From NCBI GenBank assembly GCA_036918135.1, contig JBALDB010000002.1:224001-288000 (forward strand): DNA of 64,000 bases, given 5' to 3'. Positions within the stretch are counted from its first letter, which is position 1. Each line of letters begins with the position of its first letter. The position numbers and the translations under genes are program-made. Positions 31,874-41,785 of the stretch are shown piece after piece. The notes below the pieces were generated by a model. That model had not been told where the DNA came from, ran no database searches, and worked only from the letters and a program-made list of their open reading frames with translations. The DNA comes from Nostoc sp. Lineage in GTDB: Bacteria; Cyanobacteriota; Cyanobacteriia; Cyanobacteriales; Nostocaceae.

Positions 31874-32287
31874 ATGAAACGTCGTGATTTTATTAATTGG
31901 GTAGGTTTAGGTTGGCTAGCGAGTTCTCTACCTGTAGCGATCGCAGCTTGTTCTTCTGGCACCAAGTCAGCATCAACCGATTGGCAAACAATAGGTACAT
32001 CAGCAGATTTAGATAAAACAGGTCAATTGCTGGCGAAAAACTCACCTGCTGGGCCTGTGTTGGTAGTCGGCACATCTAAATCCCCAAATCTGACTGCTGT
32101 CAACCCTACTTGTACTCACGCAGGTTGTACGGTGGGATGGAAAGCTGACGCTAAAAAATTCGTCTGTCCCTGTCATGGTTCGGAATATAGTATTGATGGG
32201 AAAGTGCAAAAAGGCCCAGCAACAGAACCGCTGAAAACTTATGCTGTCAAAATAGAGAATAGTTCAGTTGAAGTCAAGCCAAGTTAA
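31874..32287 (+). CDS. Small Tat-exported Rieske [2Fe-2S] protein (PetC-like lipoprotein)
   Basis: MKRRDF twin-arginine signal, IAAC lipobox, CTHAGC and CPCHGS. Confidence 0.92.
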   Translation: MKRRDFINWVGLGWLASSLPVAIAACSSGTKSASTDWQTIGTSADLDKTGQLLAKNSPAGPVLVVGTSKSPNLTAVNPTCTHAGCTVGWKADAKKFVCPCHGSEYSIDGKVQKGPATEPLKTYAVKIENSSVEVKPS

Positions 32288-32302
32288 ACAATTTAGAGAA
32301 TC

Positions 32303-33598
32303 GTGAATCACATCAACCAGCTTTTGGCGCAAGCCCAAACAGCACATCATGCAGCTGATTGGTCATCACTAATTGAATATTTACAACAATTAATATTAGG
32401 GGCAGACCTTGAGCATCCAGAGATAGTTAAAAATCGAGAACATCTGCTGAAATTAACCCTTTCAATGTTAGAGATGGGGGATTTTCAGCAACGCTGGGAA
32501 ATGACTAAGATATTAACTCATTTGGGAAATATTGCCATCCCATTACTGATTGAAATATTAAAAGATGAAGATACAGAGGAAGAATTACGTTGGTATGCAG
32601 CACGGATTTTGGGTGAATTTCAGCACCCAGATGCGATCGCAGCTTTAGTAGAATTATTGAAAACCGATGAGGATGAAGAACTCAAAGCGATCGCAACTAC
32701 AGCATTGGGGCAAATGGGTAGTGTTGCTATTAGTTCGCTAACTAAACTTTTAGCAGATCCAGATACACGACTTTTAGCAGTGCGATCGCTTTGTTATATT
32801 TCCCAAACAGAAATTATTCTACCGTTGTTGAGTGTAGTGCAAGATCCGCAAGCTGAAATTCGCGCCGCTGCAATAGAAGCCCTAAGCAGTTTTCACGACG
32901 AACGCGTACCACCAGTACTGTTAAATGCTTTGGACGATCTAGCTGCTACAGTTAGACGTGCAGCAGTAGTTGGTTTAGGCTTTCGTCCCGACTTGTGCCA
33001 AACATTAGATTTAGTAACGAGACTGCAACCCAAGCTGTACGACATTAACCTTGATGTTTGCTGTGCAGCAGTCGTTAGCCTTTCTCGGATGGGTTGCGAT
33101 GAGGCTGCCAAACATTTATCTGATTTGTTGTCATCCCAGATACCAATAAGGTTGCAATTAGAAGCTATTCGGGCTTTAAGTTGGATGGAGACACCATCGA
33201 GTTTGGCATATTTACAAATAATATTTCATCAAAGTGCATCGCCAACAGTATGGCAAGAAATTGTCACTGTTTTAGGGCGAGTACAAAAACCACAGCTAAC
33301 AACACCAGCCGCAGAAATTTTATTACAAATATTGCGATCGCCGCATCCAGCTACAAAAATTGTCAATATTAAAAGTGCGATCGCCCTATCTTTAGGACAG
33401 TTAGGGAAAATCCAGGCAATTCAACCATTAATTTGGCTGCTAGCTGATTCTAATGCATCGATGAGACTACATGCGATCGCAGCACTGAAAAATCTGGATA
33501 AAGAAGTTGCACATCAACAATTGCAGCAATTAGCAAAAAACCCTGCACTAACACCAGATTTGCAACAAGGAATAGCGATCGCTCTAGAGCGGTGGTAA
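32303..33598 (+). CDS. nirB: HEAT-repeat (PBS lyase-like) protein, probable NirB
   Basis: Repeated VRRAA..LG helices; divergent from nirA behind a Rieske gene, as recalled for Anabaena. Confidence 0.65.
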   Translation: MNHINQLLAQAQTAHHAADWSSLIEYLQQLILGADLEHPEIVKNREHLLKLTLSMLEMGDFQQRWEMTKILTHLGNIAIPLLIEILKDEDTEEELRWYAARILGEFQHPDAIAALVELLKTDEDEELKAIATTALGQMGSVAISSLTKLLADPDTRLLAVRSLCYISQTEIILPLLSVVQDPQAEIRAAAIEALSSFHDERVPPVLLNALDDLAATVRRAAVVGLGFRPDLCQTLDLVTRLQPKLYDINLDVCCAAVVSLSRMGCDEAAKHLSDLLSSQIPIRLQLEAIRALSWMETPSSLAYLQIIFHQSASPTVWQEIVTVLGRVQKPQLTTPAAEILLQILRSPHPATKIVNIKSAIALSLGQLGKIQAIQPLIWLLADSNASMRLHAIAALKNLDKEVAHQQLQQLAKNPALTPDLQQGIAIALERW

Positions 33599-34020
33599 AT
33601 TTTTAATAAACTGTACAGTCACTTCCTAAGTTTGTTGACCGCTACGGTTAACTGTCAACCATTAACAGCCAACATAAAAAGATGTACTTAGATACAAGTG
33701 CAACTTCTTAGTTTTCTATGAGTTTCGTGATATAATGACTTGCAATTTTTGCTGAATTAAATTCTTAGATCGAAAATCTTAAATTAGGATACTTAAATTA
33801 ATAATTCAAAGGTAAAATTCAGGAGCCAGAATAGTTTAAGAATTAGGAAAACTTGTGATTAATAAATACATTAGTTCTATTAAACTGCTTACTAACACCT
33901 AATTCTGACGCCAAGCCGTGCAGCGTCTCCAGCTCCGCTCCTGATTGCTGAATTTTTTCGTCAAAAGTCCATAGTAGAGATTTTACTATTGACTATCAAC
34001 TCTCAAAAGCTGGAGAAAAC

Positions 34021-34395
34021 TTATTTGGGTTGACCTTTTTCTAAAGCCTCTTCAACTAACTCATCATCGACATTAGCCACACCCTCAGTTTGAGAATTTT
34101 TAACATCTTTAGCTAACTCTTTGTAATCATCTGGATTACCAGTTGACTGTGTCGCTTGGATTTTTATCTCTTTTGCCTCAGGGACTTTATTTTGAGGACC
34201 AGTTGCTGCTTCGGCTGCTGCTGCTCCTTCACCAGTACGGTCAACTTCACTAACACTCAATTTTTGAGCAGCTGCGTAATCAGCGTCAAAATCCACCTTT
34301 GGCGCTCCTTCTTCACCACTAGCTATGCTATCCGCAGCTAATTGGGCATCATGGGTAGGAGCTTCATTAACATCCGTTTTTACTTCATCTGGCAT
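34021..34395 (-). CDS. Acidic, Ala-rich hypothetical protein
   Basis: 124 aa ATG ORF with plausible composition. Confidence 0.7.
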   Translation of the reverse strand: MPDEVKTDVNEAPTHDAQLAADSIASGEEGAPKVDFDADYAAAQKLSVSEVDRTGEGAAAAEAATGPQNKVPEAKEIKIQATQSTGNPDDYKELAKDVKNSQTEGVANVDDELVEEALEKGQPK

Positions 34396-34614
34396 AATTT
34401 AAGACCTGAGGTAAATTTTTTTTGCTGGAGGTAAGTATAACTAAGTAATTTGCTACTTGATTACTTTCTTACGAGAGATTTTTACCTCTATTCAAAGGTA
34501 GATTAATACTTGATTAAAAAAAAATAATAATTCTTTCTATGGATAGTAGAATTTGATTCTAAGACTTTGATAACTCTTAATCTGGCCTATTAAATTACAA
34601 TTTAGAGACAAGTT

Positions 34615-35145
34615 ATGAGTGCAAGTTACGATAAAAATACTGCTCAAGCTCAAAGTAATGAAACTCAAAAAGTGGTAGATGCGTTTAACGCTTTAGATAC
34701 CGATGCAAAATTAGCTTGGTTTTATTTGGTTTATAAAAAAATGGGTGATTCGGTGACTCCAGCTGCTCCTGCTGCTACCGATCCTGAATTAGCACCACTT
34801 CTGCTAGGAAAATATTATGATTTATCCGATGAGGAGCAATTGAATATTATGCGGGATATTGTTAACCGCAAAGATACGGAATATTCTCGTGCCTATGGGG
34901 CGATAAAAGAAAATAACCAACTGTTAGTTTGGTATGCTTGGGCAGTAGCTATGGGTGACAAAGTGGTTGATTTACCAGCTACCTACAAGCCAAGTCAGGC
35001 AATTAATGATTTGCTTTCGCAAGTTGAAGGACTAGATTTTGACGAGCAAATTTCGATATTCCGAACAATAGCTGATGAAATGGGTTATACCGATGTTAAG
35101 CCAATTGAGACGCAAGCACAAACTGGTAAAACTCCAAGTTTGTAA
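34615..35145 (+). CDS. Helical carotenoid protein (OCP N-terminal domain homolog, HCP)
   Basis: LAWFY..Y.KMG.S.TPAAP, EQL..MRD, SRAYG...N..L..WY. Confidence 0.88.
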   Translation: MSASYDKNTAQAQSNETQKVVDAFNALDTDAKLAWFYLVYKKMGDSVTPAAPAATDPELAPLLLGKYYDLSDEEQLNIMRDIVNRKDTEYSRAYGAIKENNQLLVWYAWAVAMGDKVVDLPATYKPSQAINDLLSQVEGLDFDEQISIFRTIADEMGYTDVKPIETQAQTGKTPSL

Positions 35146-35179
35146 TTAGACTAAATCCATATCTATAACCGTGAAAAAG

Positions 35180-35214
35180 AAGCTCCTGCACTTATTTAAG
35201 AAGTGCAAGAGCTT
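35180..35214. terminator. Hairpin between convergent HCP and GNAT genes
   Basis: AAGCTCCTGCACTT-N7-AAGTGCAAGAGCTT. Confidence 0.65.
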
Positions 35215-35252
35215 TGGCTTTCAACACTTTATAAATCAATGGAGCTTGCTAT

Positions 35253-35672
35253 TTAACCATCTATTAATGATGTATTCGCCAGCCATTTACCGATTACCTG
35301 CTCCATACAAGTTTCTGTTTCAGTAAAGCCAAGTTTTTTGTAAAAGTCGATAGAATCATCTGTAAACAAACAAACATGCTGACCTTGCAATTTTTCTAAG
35401 AGAATTTGCATCATTGTGCTAGCAATTCCTTGGTGACGATAAGGCGTAAATGTCCAAACATCAACTATGTAAGCATTACAAATACCGTCGGATAAAACGC
35501 GAGCAGTACCCATAATCCGATCGCCTGCGTAAGCAATACAAGTGGCAAAACTGTTGGTAAACGAGGCTTTAAGTTGTTCTGCACTTCTACCGTTGTCAAA
35601 TTTATCCTCACTGAGTGTAGCTTTCATCTCCTGCCAATCAACATTTTCAAGATCCTGTTTGTATGTGACCAT
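35253..35672 (-). CDS. GNAT acetyltransferase
   Basis: ARV.SDG..NAYI.DV, YRHQGIA, FYKKLGF; ATG 35672 preferred. Confidence 0.88.
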   Translation of the reverse strand: MVTYKQDLENVDWQEMKATLSEDKFDNGRSAEQLKASFTNSFATCIAYAGDRIMGTARVLSDGICNAYIVDVWTFTPYRHQGIASTMMQILLEKLQGQHVCLFTDDSIDFYKKLGFTETETCMEQVIGKWLANTSLIDG

Positions 35673-35717
35673 TGCAGCACACAAGCTGATAGATGTTGCA
35701 ATCAGCAAATTAAAAAT

Positions 35718-36482
35718 TTATGATACAGCCAACTGGCTTAATTCAGATGGAGTCAGATTTGAGTTTACCACTTGACCATCACGGAACCAAACGATCCGCT
35801 GAGTTTGACGGGCAACTTCTGGTTCGTGGGTTACCATAACAACAGTGATTCCACTAGCATTGAGTTCGCCAAAGATATCTAAAACTTCTTGGGTTGTGCG
35901 CGAATCAAGTGCGCCTGTGGGTTCATCGGCTAAAAGTACTACAGGACGGTTGACAATGGCACGAGCGATCGCTACTCTTTGTTGTTGTCCCCCTGATAGT
36001 TGAGTTGGTTTGTTGTTGAGGCGATTTGCTAAACCAACTCGTGTCAGTGCTTCTGTGGCGCGATCGCGTCTTTCTTTTGGGTTTACATTAGCATAGACCA
36101 TCGGCAGTATCACATTTTCTAGCGCTGTTAGTTGGGGCAATAAATGGAATTGTTGGAAGACAAACCCCAGCTTTTTGTTGCGGATGTGTGCTAAAGATTT
36201 ATCGTCCATTTGCGCCACATCAATATTATCTAAGTAATAATGTCCGCCTGTGGGACGGTCTAAACAGCCGATAATATTCATGGCTGTGGATTTACCAGAA
36301 CCAGAAGGCCCCATAATCGAACAATATTCGCCTTCGTGGATAGTCAAATTTACATTGTTGAGTGCTTTAACTTCAGTTTCACCAATGCCATAGACTTTAT
36401 ATATATTTTCTAAACGAATAATATCTGATTTCGGTACAGGATTAGGAACTAGAGAATCGGTAATTGAAATCGTGTTTGGCAT
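35718..36482 (-). CDS. ABC transporter ATP-binding protein (LolD/MacB type)
   Basis: GPSGSGKS, LSGGQQQR, LADEPTGALD, VTHE. Confidence 0.93.
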   Translation of the reverse strand: MPNTISITDSLVPNPVPKSDIIRLENIYKVYGIGETEVKALNNVNLTIHEGEYCSIMGPSGSGKSTAMNIIGCLDRPTGGHYYLDNIDVAQMDDKSLAHIRNKKLGFVFQQFHLLPQLTALENVILPMVYANVNPKERRDRATEALTRVGLANRLNNKPTQLSGGQQQRVAIARAIVNRPVVLLADEPTGALDSRTTQEVLDIFGELNASGITVVMVTHEPEVARQTQRIVWFRDGQVVNSNLTPSELSQLAVS

Positions 36483-36775
36483 CTGGATTTAGTTGTCAGT
36501 CAATAGTAATTAATTTGAAACTTTTTTGTTAATATAGCAGTATGTAGGCGGCAGGAGGTAGAACTATTAGTATTCCTAGCATTCACGCTTGTCATTTTGT
36601 CCTGACCTCTGTGACTACAGCTATACTAATAATGATTTAATAAATTACTTAGGAAATATCTCTTTACTTCAACCTAATCAGCAAAATTAACAAACGTAGT
36701 TTGGGTTAGGAAATTTTAATAAATAAATTATTCCGTTTGAAGTTGATGACTATTGAGTGTTAAGTATCACTAATT

Positions 36776-36846
36776 AAAAAGCGTCTGGGAGTGTTGCCGT
36801 GTTTCCACCCCAAACGCTTTTTATTCTTAACTTGTTCCTCACACAC
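36776..36846 (-). ncRNA. yfr2: Yfr2-like sRNA, copy 1
   Basis: 5' GTGTGTGAGGAAC..., hairpin AAAAAGCGTTTGGG-GTGGAAACACGGCAACAC-TCCCAGACGCTTTTT; promoter TTCGCT-N17-TATTGT. Confidence 0.8.
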
Positions 36847-36935
36847 AACTAAACAATATCACTGCTTAAATAAAAAGCGAATGTAGTGAGTGACACTTTC
36901 AAAACTGCACCAAATCTAATTCTTAGATACAAATT

Positions 36936-37006
36936 AAAAAGCGTTTGGGAGTGTTGCCGTGTTTCCACCCCAAACGCTTTTTATTCTTAACTTGCTCCTC
37001 ACACAC
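36936..37006 (-). ncRNA. yfr2: Yfr2-like sRNA, copy 2
   Basis: 5' GTGTGTGAGGAGC..., GGAAACACGGCAACAC loop, U-tailed stem; promoter TTGCCT-N17-TAGAGT. Confidence 0.82.
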
Positions 37007-37098
37007 AACTATACTCTACCACTAGTTATAGAAAAAGGCAAGTATCTTGAATAACAATTTTAAAGTTCTACAATCAATGCAATTTTTAGATGCAAATT

Positions 37099-37168
37099 AA
37101 AAAGCGCTCCGAAGTGTTACCGTGTTTCCACCCCAAGCGCTTTTTACTTTTAACTTGCTCCTCACACA
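37099..37168 (-). ncRNA. yfr2: Yfr2-like sRNA, copy 3
   Basis: 5' TGTGTGAGGAGC..., GGAAACACGGTAACAC loop, more divergent stem; promoter TTGCTC-N17-TATCTT. Confidence 0.78.
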
Positions 37169-37251
37169 ACAAGAAAGATATCACTACTTTCATCAAAGAG
37201 CAAGTATTTTAAGTGACACTTTTAAAACTGCACCAGATTAAAGCTAAGAAG

Positions 37252-38772
37252 TTAGTGTAAAAAGTGACGTAGACCAGTCAACATCATAACTAAACCCAGG
37301 TCATTAGCAGCTTTAATGGAATCTTTATCGCGCACACTTCCACCTGGTTGAACAATGGCTGTAATTCCAGCTGCAGCGGCTGTTTTGACTGAATCATCGA
37401 AGGGGAAGAAGCCATCGCTGGCGAGAGTTGCGCCTTTAGCTTTTTCTCCGGCTTGTTCTAGGGCAATTTTCACTGAACCGACGCGGTTCATTTGACCAGC
37501 ACCTACTCCTAGTGTAGTGCGATCGCTTGTCACAACAATCGCATTCGATTTAACATGTTTGCAAACCTTCCAAGCAAACAGCAATTCGGCTAACTCGTCG
37601 GCGGTGGCTTGACGTTCGCTCACCACTTGCCATTGACTAGTATCAGCGGTAATGTCATCGCTAGTTTGAACGAGAAAACCACCTGCGATCGCTTTTACTG
37701 TTTCTTTGGCTCCACTGCTCAAATCTGGTAAAATCAAAACTCGCACGTTAGATTTTTTGCCTAAAATTTCTTGGGCATCCGCTTCACAACCTGGTGCAAC
37801 CACACATTCTAAAAATGTTTTAGTCAACTCGCTGGCTGTAGGTGCATCTATGGGACGGTTGAGTGCCACAATTCCACCAAAGGCAGAAGTAGAATCAGCG
37901 TTAAAAGCTTTTTGATATGCTTGTAAAATAGTACTTCCCAGCGCCGTACCACAGGGATTTGTATGTTTAATAATCGTCGCTGCTGGTGTATCAGTAAATT
38001 CTGCAATAATTTGGCGTGCAGCTTCTAAATCAACCAAGTTATTGTAACTCAGTTCTTTGCCTTGGAGTTTGGTTGCAGCGGGCCACCCCGTTGGCGTAGC
38101 ACCAGTTTGATACCAAGCAGCGGGTTGGTGGGGGTTTTCGCCGTAACGCAGAGATTGTAATTGTGTGCCGCTGAGGTTGTAGTTTTGTGTGCCTGCGAGG
38201 TAAGATGCAATGGCGCGATCGTAACTAGCAGTATGTAAAAATCCTTTTAAAGCTCCCTTTTGACGAAACTCTAAGGATGCTTCGCCGTTATTTTGCCGTA
38301 ATTCTTCTAAATATTCATCATATTGTGTTGGGTCACATAATACGGTCAGATGAGCAAAGTTTTTCGATGATGCGCGCAACAATGCTGGCCCACCAATATC
38401 AATCTGTTCAACGGCTTCAGCAAATGTCACCCCTGGTTTAGCAACAGTCTCCTCAAAAGGATAAAGATTCACTACCACTAAATCAATCGGGCGAATTTGG
38501 TTATTTTCTAAATCTATAGTATCTTGGGGAACATCCCGCCGTGCCAAAATTCCGCCGTGAATTCGGGGATGCAGCGTTTTCACTCGACCACCTAAAATTT
38601 CTGGTGAACCTGTGTAATCAGCAACCTTGGTAACTGGGAGTCCAGCATCTTTGAGGGCTTGGGCTGTTCCTCCACTACTTATTAAATCAAAGTCGAATCC
38701 TTCAACCAAACTACGGGCTAGGTCGATTAAACCAGTTTTATTAGATACACTCAGCAGGGCTAGACGCGCCAT
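37252..38772 (-). CDS. purH: Bifunctional AICAR formyltransferase / IMP cyclohydrolase
   Basis: ALLSVSNKTG, GRVKTLHP, IDIGGP, LRYGENPHQ, KHTNPCG and C-terminal RHF.H. Confidence 0.97.
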   Translation of the reverse strand: MARLALLSVSNKTGLIDLARSLVEGFDFDLISSGGTAQALKDAGLPVTKVADYTGSPEILGGRVKTLHPRIHGGILARRDVPQDTIDLENNQIRPIDLVVVNLYPFEETVAKPGVTFAEAVEQIDIGGPALLRASSKNFAHLTVLCDPTQYDEYLEELRQNNGEASLEFRQKGALKGFLHTASYDRAIASYLAGTQNYNLSGTQLQSLRYGENPHQPAAWYQTGATPTGWPAATKLQGKELSYNNLVDLEAARQIIAEFTDTPAATIIKHTNPCGTALGSTILQAYQKAFNADSTSAFGGIVALNRPIDAPTASELTKTFLECVVAPGCEADAQEILGKKSNVRVLILPDLSSGAKETVKAIAGGFLVQTSDDITADTSQWQVVSERQATADELAELLFAWKVCKHVKSNAIVVTSDRTTLGVGAGQMNRVGSVKIALEQAGEKAKGATLASDGFFPFDDSVKTAAAAGITAIVQPGGSVRDKDSIKAANDLGLVMMLTGLRHFLH

Positions 38773-38846
38773 TGATCGATTCCTCAAAGTGGGCTAGAAG
38801 CGAAGGATCTCAAGTTTTGCATAAGCCTTGTTTCACTTCAAGACCA

Positions 38847-39270
38847 TTAGAAAATATAATCAGGCTCTTTCCATATATTTCGGGTGTTATCAACTATTTC
38901 TTCTTGAATAGCTTCAGCCATCAAATCTTCTTCTTGTTCAATTTCATTTAATTCTTCGTCCGATACATCAAGTTCTTTTTTAGCAAAGACTCGTCTAGCT
39001 TTTCTATCTAAAATTTCAACAATATTGGTTTTATCCCTTTTAATAGCTTCAATATCATCTTTTTGTAACAAAATCATATAGTAGCGAGATACTTCCATCA
39101 TTCTGTATGCATACTGGTAAGCATCTCTTGTAAACTCACCAGTTGTTACAACCATTACTACATCTGCGCCTGTAACAAATGTCAATCCAATTTCTTTAGC
39201 TAAGACATCAATTATCTACCTTGTTTGTGTTTTTGCATTTAATCTGCCATCGGCTATAAACAAATCTATT
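38847..39270 (-). pseudogene. C-terminal remnant of an Mrr-like (PD-(D/E)xK / QxK) restriction endonuclease
   Basis: Removing one A near 39211 joins RFVYSRWQIKCKNTNKVD to IDVLAKEIGLTFVTGADVVMVVTTGEFTRDA, an Mrr-type fold pattern; N-terminus absent. Confidence 0.7.
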
Positions 39271-40359
39271 TTCTAATGAAACTGGTGGTAGATCTGCTGT
39301 GGGTTCAACAACCAAAGGAGCATTTTCTTCAAATCTTAATTTTGAGCTTTTAATATAGTCTTCATCAATCTCAAAAGCTAACCAACGTCTTTGTAAGGTT
39401 TCTGCAATCCGGCCTGTCATATTAGAACCAGCGAAAGGATCTAAAACAATATCGCCTGGTTCTGTACAAAGATTGATAATAAACTCTGGTAAAGCTTGAG
39501 GAAATCTTGCTGGATGTGGTTTAAAACCTTCTTCTTTACACCGCCTTTGATAATAATCATTAGAAGCCGTATTAGAGGCAGAAATTACATTTACTGACTG
39601 TATTGAATCTTCAAATGTAATTTCTTCTAAAAAAGTCGGTTGTCCTATTTCTTCCTTATCTGCATTGCAACGTCCATCAATAATATTAGGAGGAATAGCT
39701 CCTCCTCTGTCCTTTCCAAATTTATTGGAGATATCATGACCAGAGGGTCTTAGTTTAGGTTTGTATCCATTCTTCAAAAGGCTTTTCATCGCATCGCTGT
39801 AAGGCTTTAAAACCCTTCTATTGTTAGCTTTAGGATGAGGATCTTTGGAAAGCCACCAAACTGTATTTACTGAATCCTTTACTCTTTCCCTACGAACTGT
39901 TACCCATTCAGCCGGAGTAGGAAGTTTTGCTGGATTATACCAATATAATTCTTGTGCTAAATAAAACCCAAGTCCGCCTTTTTCTTTTGCTTTGCACAGA
40001 GAAACAACCAGTTCAAAATGATAAAGAGAACGAACTGGCATTCCTTTAATCCAACTGCCACCAATATCAATAATTAGTGAACCTGTTGGTTTAAGAATAC
40101 GGTAAAATTGTGATGCAAAATCTTTAAACCATTCTACATATTCTCCTGCATCAACATTTCCGTATTCTTTTTTACGAACCAGTGCAAATGGTGGAGACGT
40201 ACAAATCAGGTCGATGCTTTCGTCAGGAATACCTAGAATTAATTCTAGGCTGTTTCCCAAATAAGCTGCACCGAATCTTGTTTCGTAGTAAGGATTAGAC
40301 TCAAGCCTCATATCTTTTTTTAGTACTCTTGTACTTTCCATGAAGACAGTATTATCCAT
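39208..40359 (-). CDS. Beta-class amino DNA methyltransferase (N4-C/N6-A; SPPF suggests m4C); start uncertain
   Basis: Motif IV TSPPF precedes HPARFP and motif I VLDPFAGS. Confidence 0.9.
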   Translation of the reverse strand: MDNTVFMESTRVLKKDMRLESNPYYETRFGAAYLGNSLELILGIPDESIDLICTSPPFALVRKKEYGNVDAGEYVEWFKDFASQFYRILKPTGSLIIDIGGSWIKGMPVRSLYHFELVVSLCKAKEKGGLGFYLAQELYWYNPAKLPTPAEWVTVRRERVKDSVNTVWWLSKDPHPKANNRRVLKPYSDAMKSLLKNGYKPKLRPSGHDISNKFGKDRGGAIPPNIIDGRCNADKEEIGQPTFLEEITFEDSIQSVNVISASNTASNDYYQRRCKEEGFKPHPARFPQALPEFIINLCTEPGDIVLDPFAGSNMTGRIAETLQRRWLAFEIDEDYIKSSKLRFEENAPLVVEPTADLPPVSLENRFVYSRWQIKCKNTNKVDN

Positions 40360-40921
40360 AAAAGCATAAGTTTTCCAACTATTAATTATTTTTTTTATCA
40401 ATTTGCTGGACGCGTAAAGCAATTCACGAGCTATCAGCGCCTATTATATTACAGTTTTACTCGGTGAAATCACATATATTGTATTGAGATAAGAATGCTC
40501 TGGAAGCTTCCCCAAAACCTCACAGAATGATTATATGTGTAGTAACACAGTATCGAACATTTCCTTGGGGAACTGTGGCAGGTAGACAGATTTTTACACA
40601 ATTAGAAACAGTTTTTAGCAATCGCTATTTTATGGCATCCAGTGAATTGAATCTGCTAAACACCATCCTGCTTGAAGATGAAGTAGATAACAAATAGTTT
40701 ATGCACACCTAAGAATTACATGGCGATGCGATTTGCTAGGTTTGCTGGCAGAAGCAGACGGCTTGTTTTAACGGACTCGCACTTTTAGCTAAGACCTAGC
40801 CTTTTTTCTAGGTTTTCTTGCTTATAACTTCATGAGAAGATTGACCCAGTATTTAAACAAAGCTTAAACATAGTGTTTTTAAATACATCCTAAATCCTCA
40901 ATTCAATAGGAGTGGCTAACG

Positions 40922-41671
40922 GTGGTAAATAGCGAACTCAAGAATAAAGTAGCCTTGATTACTGGGGCAAACAAGGGAATAGGATTAGAGATGAGTCGTC
41001 AACTAGGACAACATGGATTGACGATTTTGATCGCAGCCCGGAATTTAGAAGCAGCAAAAACGGCAGCCAGTAACTTGCACGATGAAGGAGTTTCAGCTGA
41101 AGCGATCGCTGTTGATGTAACTAACAGTACTCAAATCCAGTCTGCTTTTCAACAGATTAGCGACTCTTTTGGTAAGCTTGATATCTTGATTAATAATGCA
41201 GGCGTGTTTTTAGATGGCGACTGGTTAACCAGTAATGCCAGTTCTGTTTCAATAGACATTATTCGACAGACATTCAACACCAACTTTTTTGGCTTGGTGG
41301 AATTAACTCAAGTACTGCTACCGTTAATTTTGAAAAGTCCTAGTGGTCGAATTGTCAATATGTCTAGTATCGAAGGCTCATTGACACTTCATGCTACTCC
41401 CAATTCACCAATTTATGACTCTAAACCATTTGCTTACAATGCTTCTAAGGCAGCAGTCAACGCCTTCACCGTCCATTTAGCCCATGAGTTACGCAATACT
41501 CCTGTAAAAATTAATAGCGCTCATCCGGGTTGGGTGAAAACTGAATTGGGCGGTGAAGGCGCAATGACAGATATCGCAGAAGGAGCAAAAACTGGTGTTG
41601 AGTTAGCGATACTCCCTGACAATGGCCCTAGTGGTGGCTTTTTTCATCTTGGTCAACCAGTACCTTGGTAA
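40922..41671 (+). CDS. Short-chain dehydrogenase/reductase (carbonyl reductase-like)
   Basis: TGANKGIG, NNAG, YNASK, HPGWVKT; RBS AGGAG upstream. Confidence 0.92.
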   Translation: MVNSELKNKVALITGANKGIGLEMSRQLGQHGLTILIAARNLEAAKTAASNLHDEGVSAEAIAVDVTNSTQIQSAFQQISDSFGKLDILINNAGVFLDGDWLTSNASSVSIDIIRQTFNTNFFGLVELTQVLLPLILKSPSGRIVNMSSIEGSLTLHATPNSPIYDSKPFAYNASKAAVNAFTVHLAHELRNTPVKINSAHPGWVKTELGGEGAMTDIAEGAKTGVELAILPDNGPSGGFFHLGQPVPW

Positions 41672-41785
41672 AAAATTTAGCTAATAAGGTGGATGTCTGT
41701 GTGAAAGTGGCATCCGCTTGCTAAGACTTAAGTCTACTTCAAGAGATAGGATCTACTAAAAGAGTAAAATTTTAGGAGTAGACCT

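Noticed and set aside
36776..37168. CRISPR array or simple triplicated terminator
   Set aside because: Repeats of about 70 bp with homologous spacers, individual promoters and Yfr2 motifs fit sRNA genes better
40500..40720. Possible gene remnant upstream of the methyltransferase
   Set aside because: Short open stretch with no recognisable motif or start
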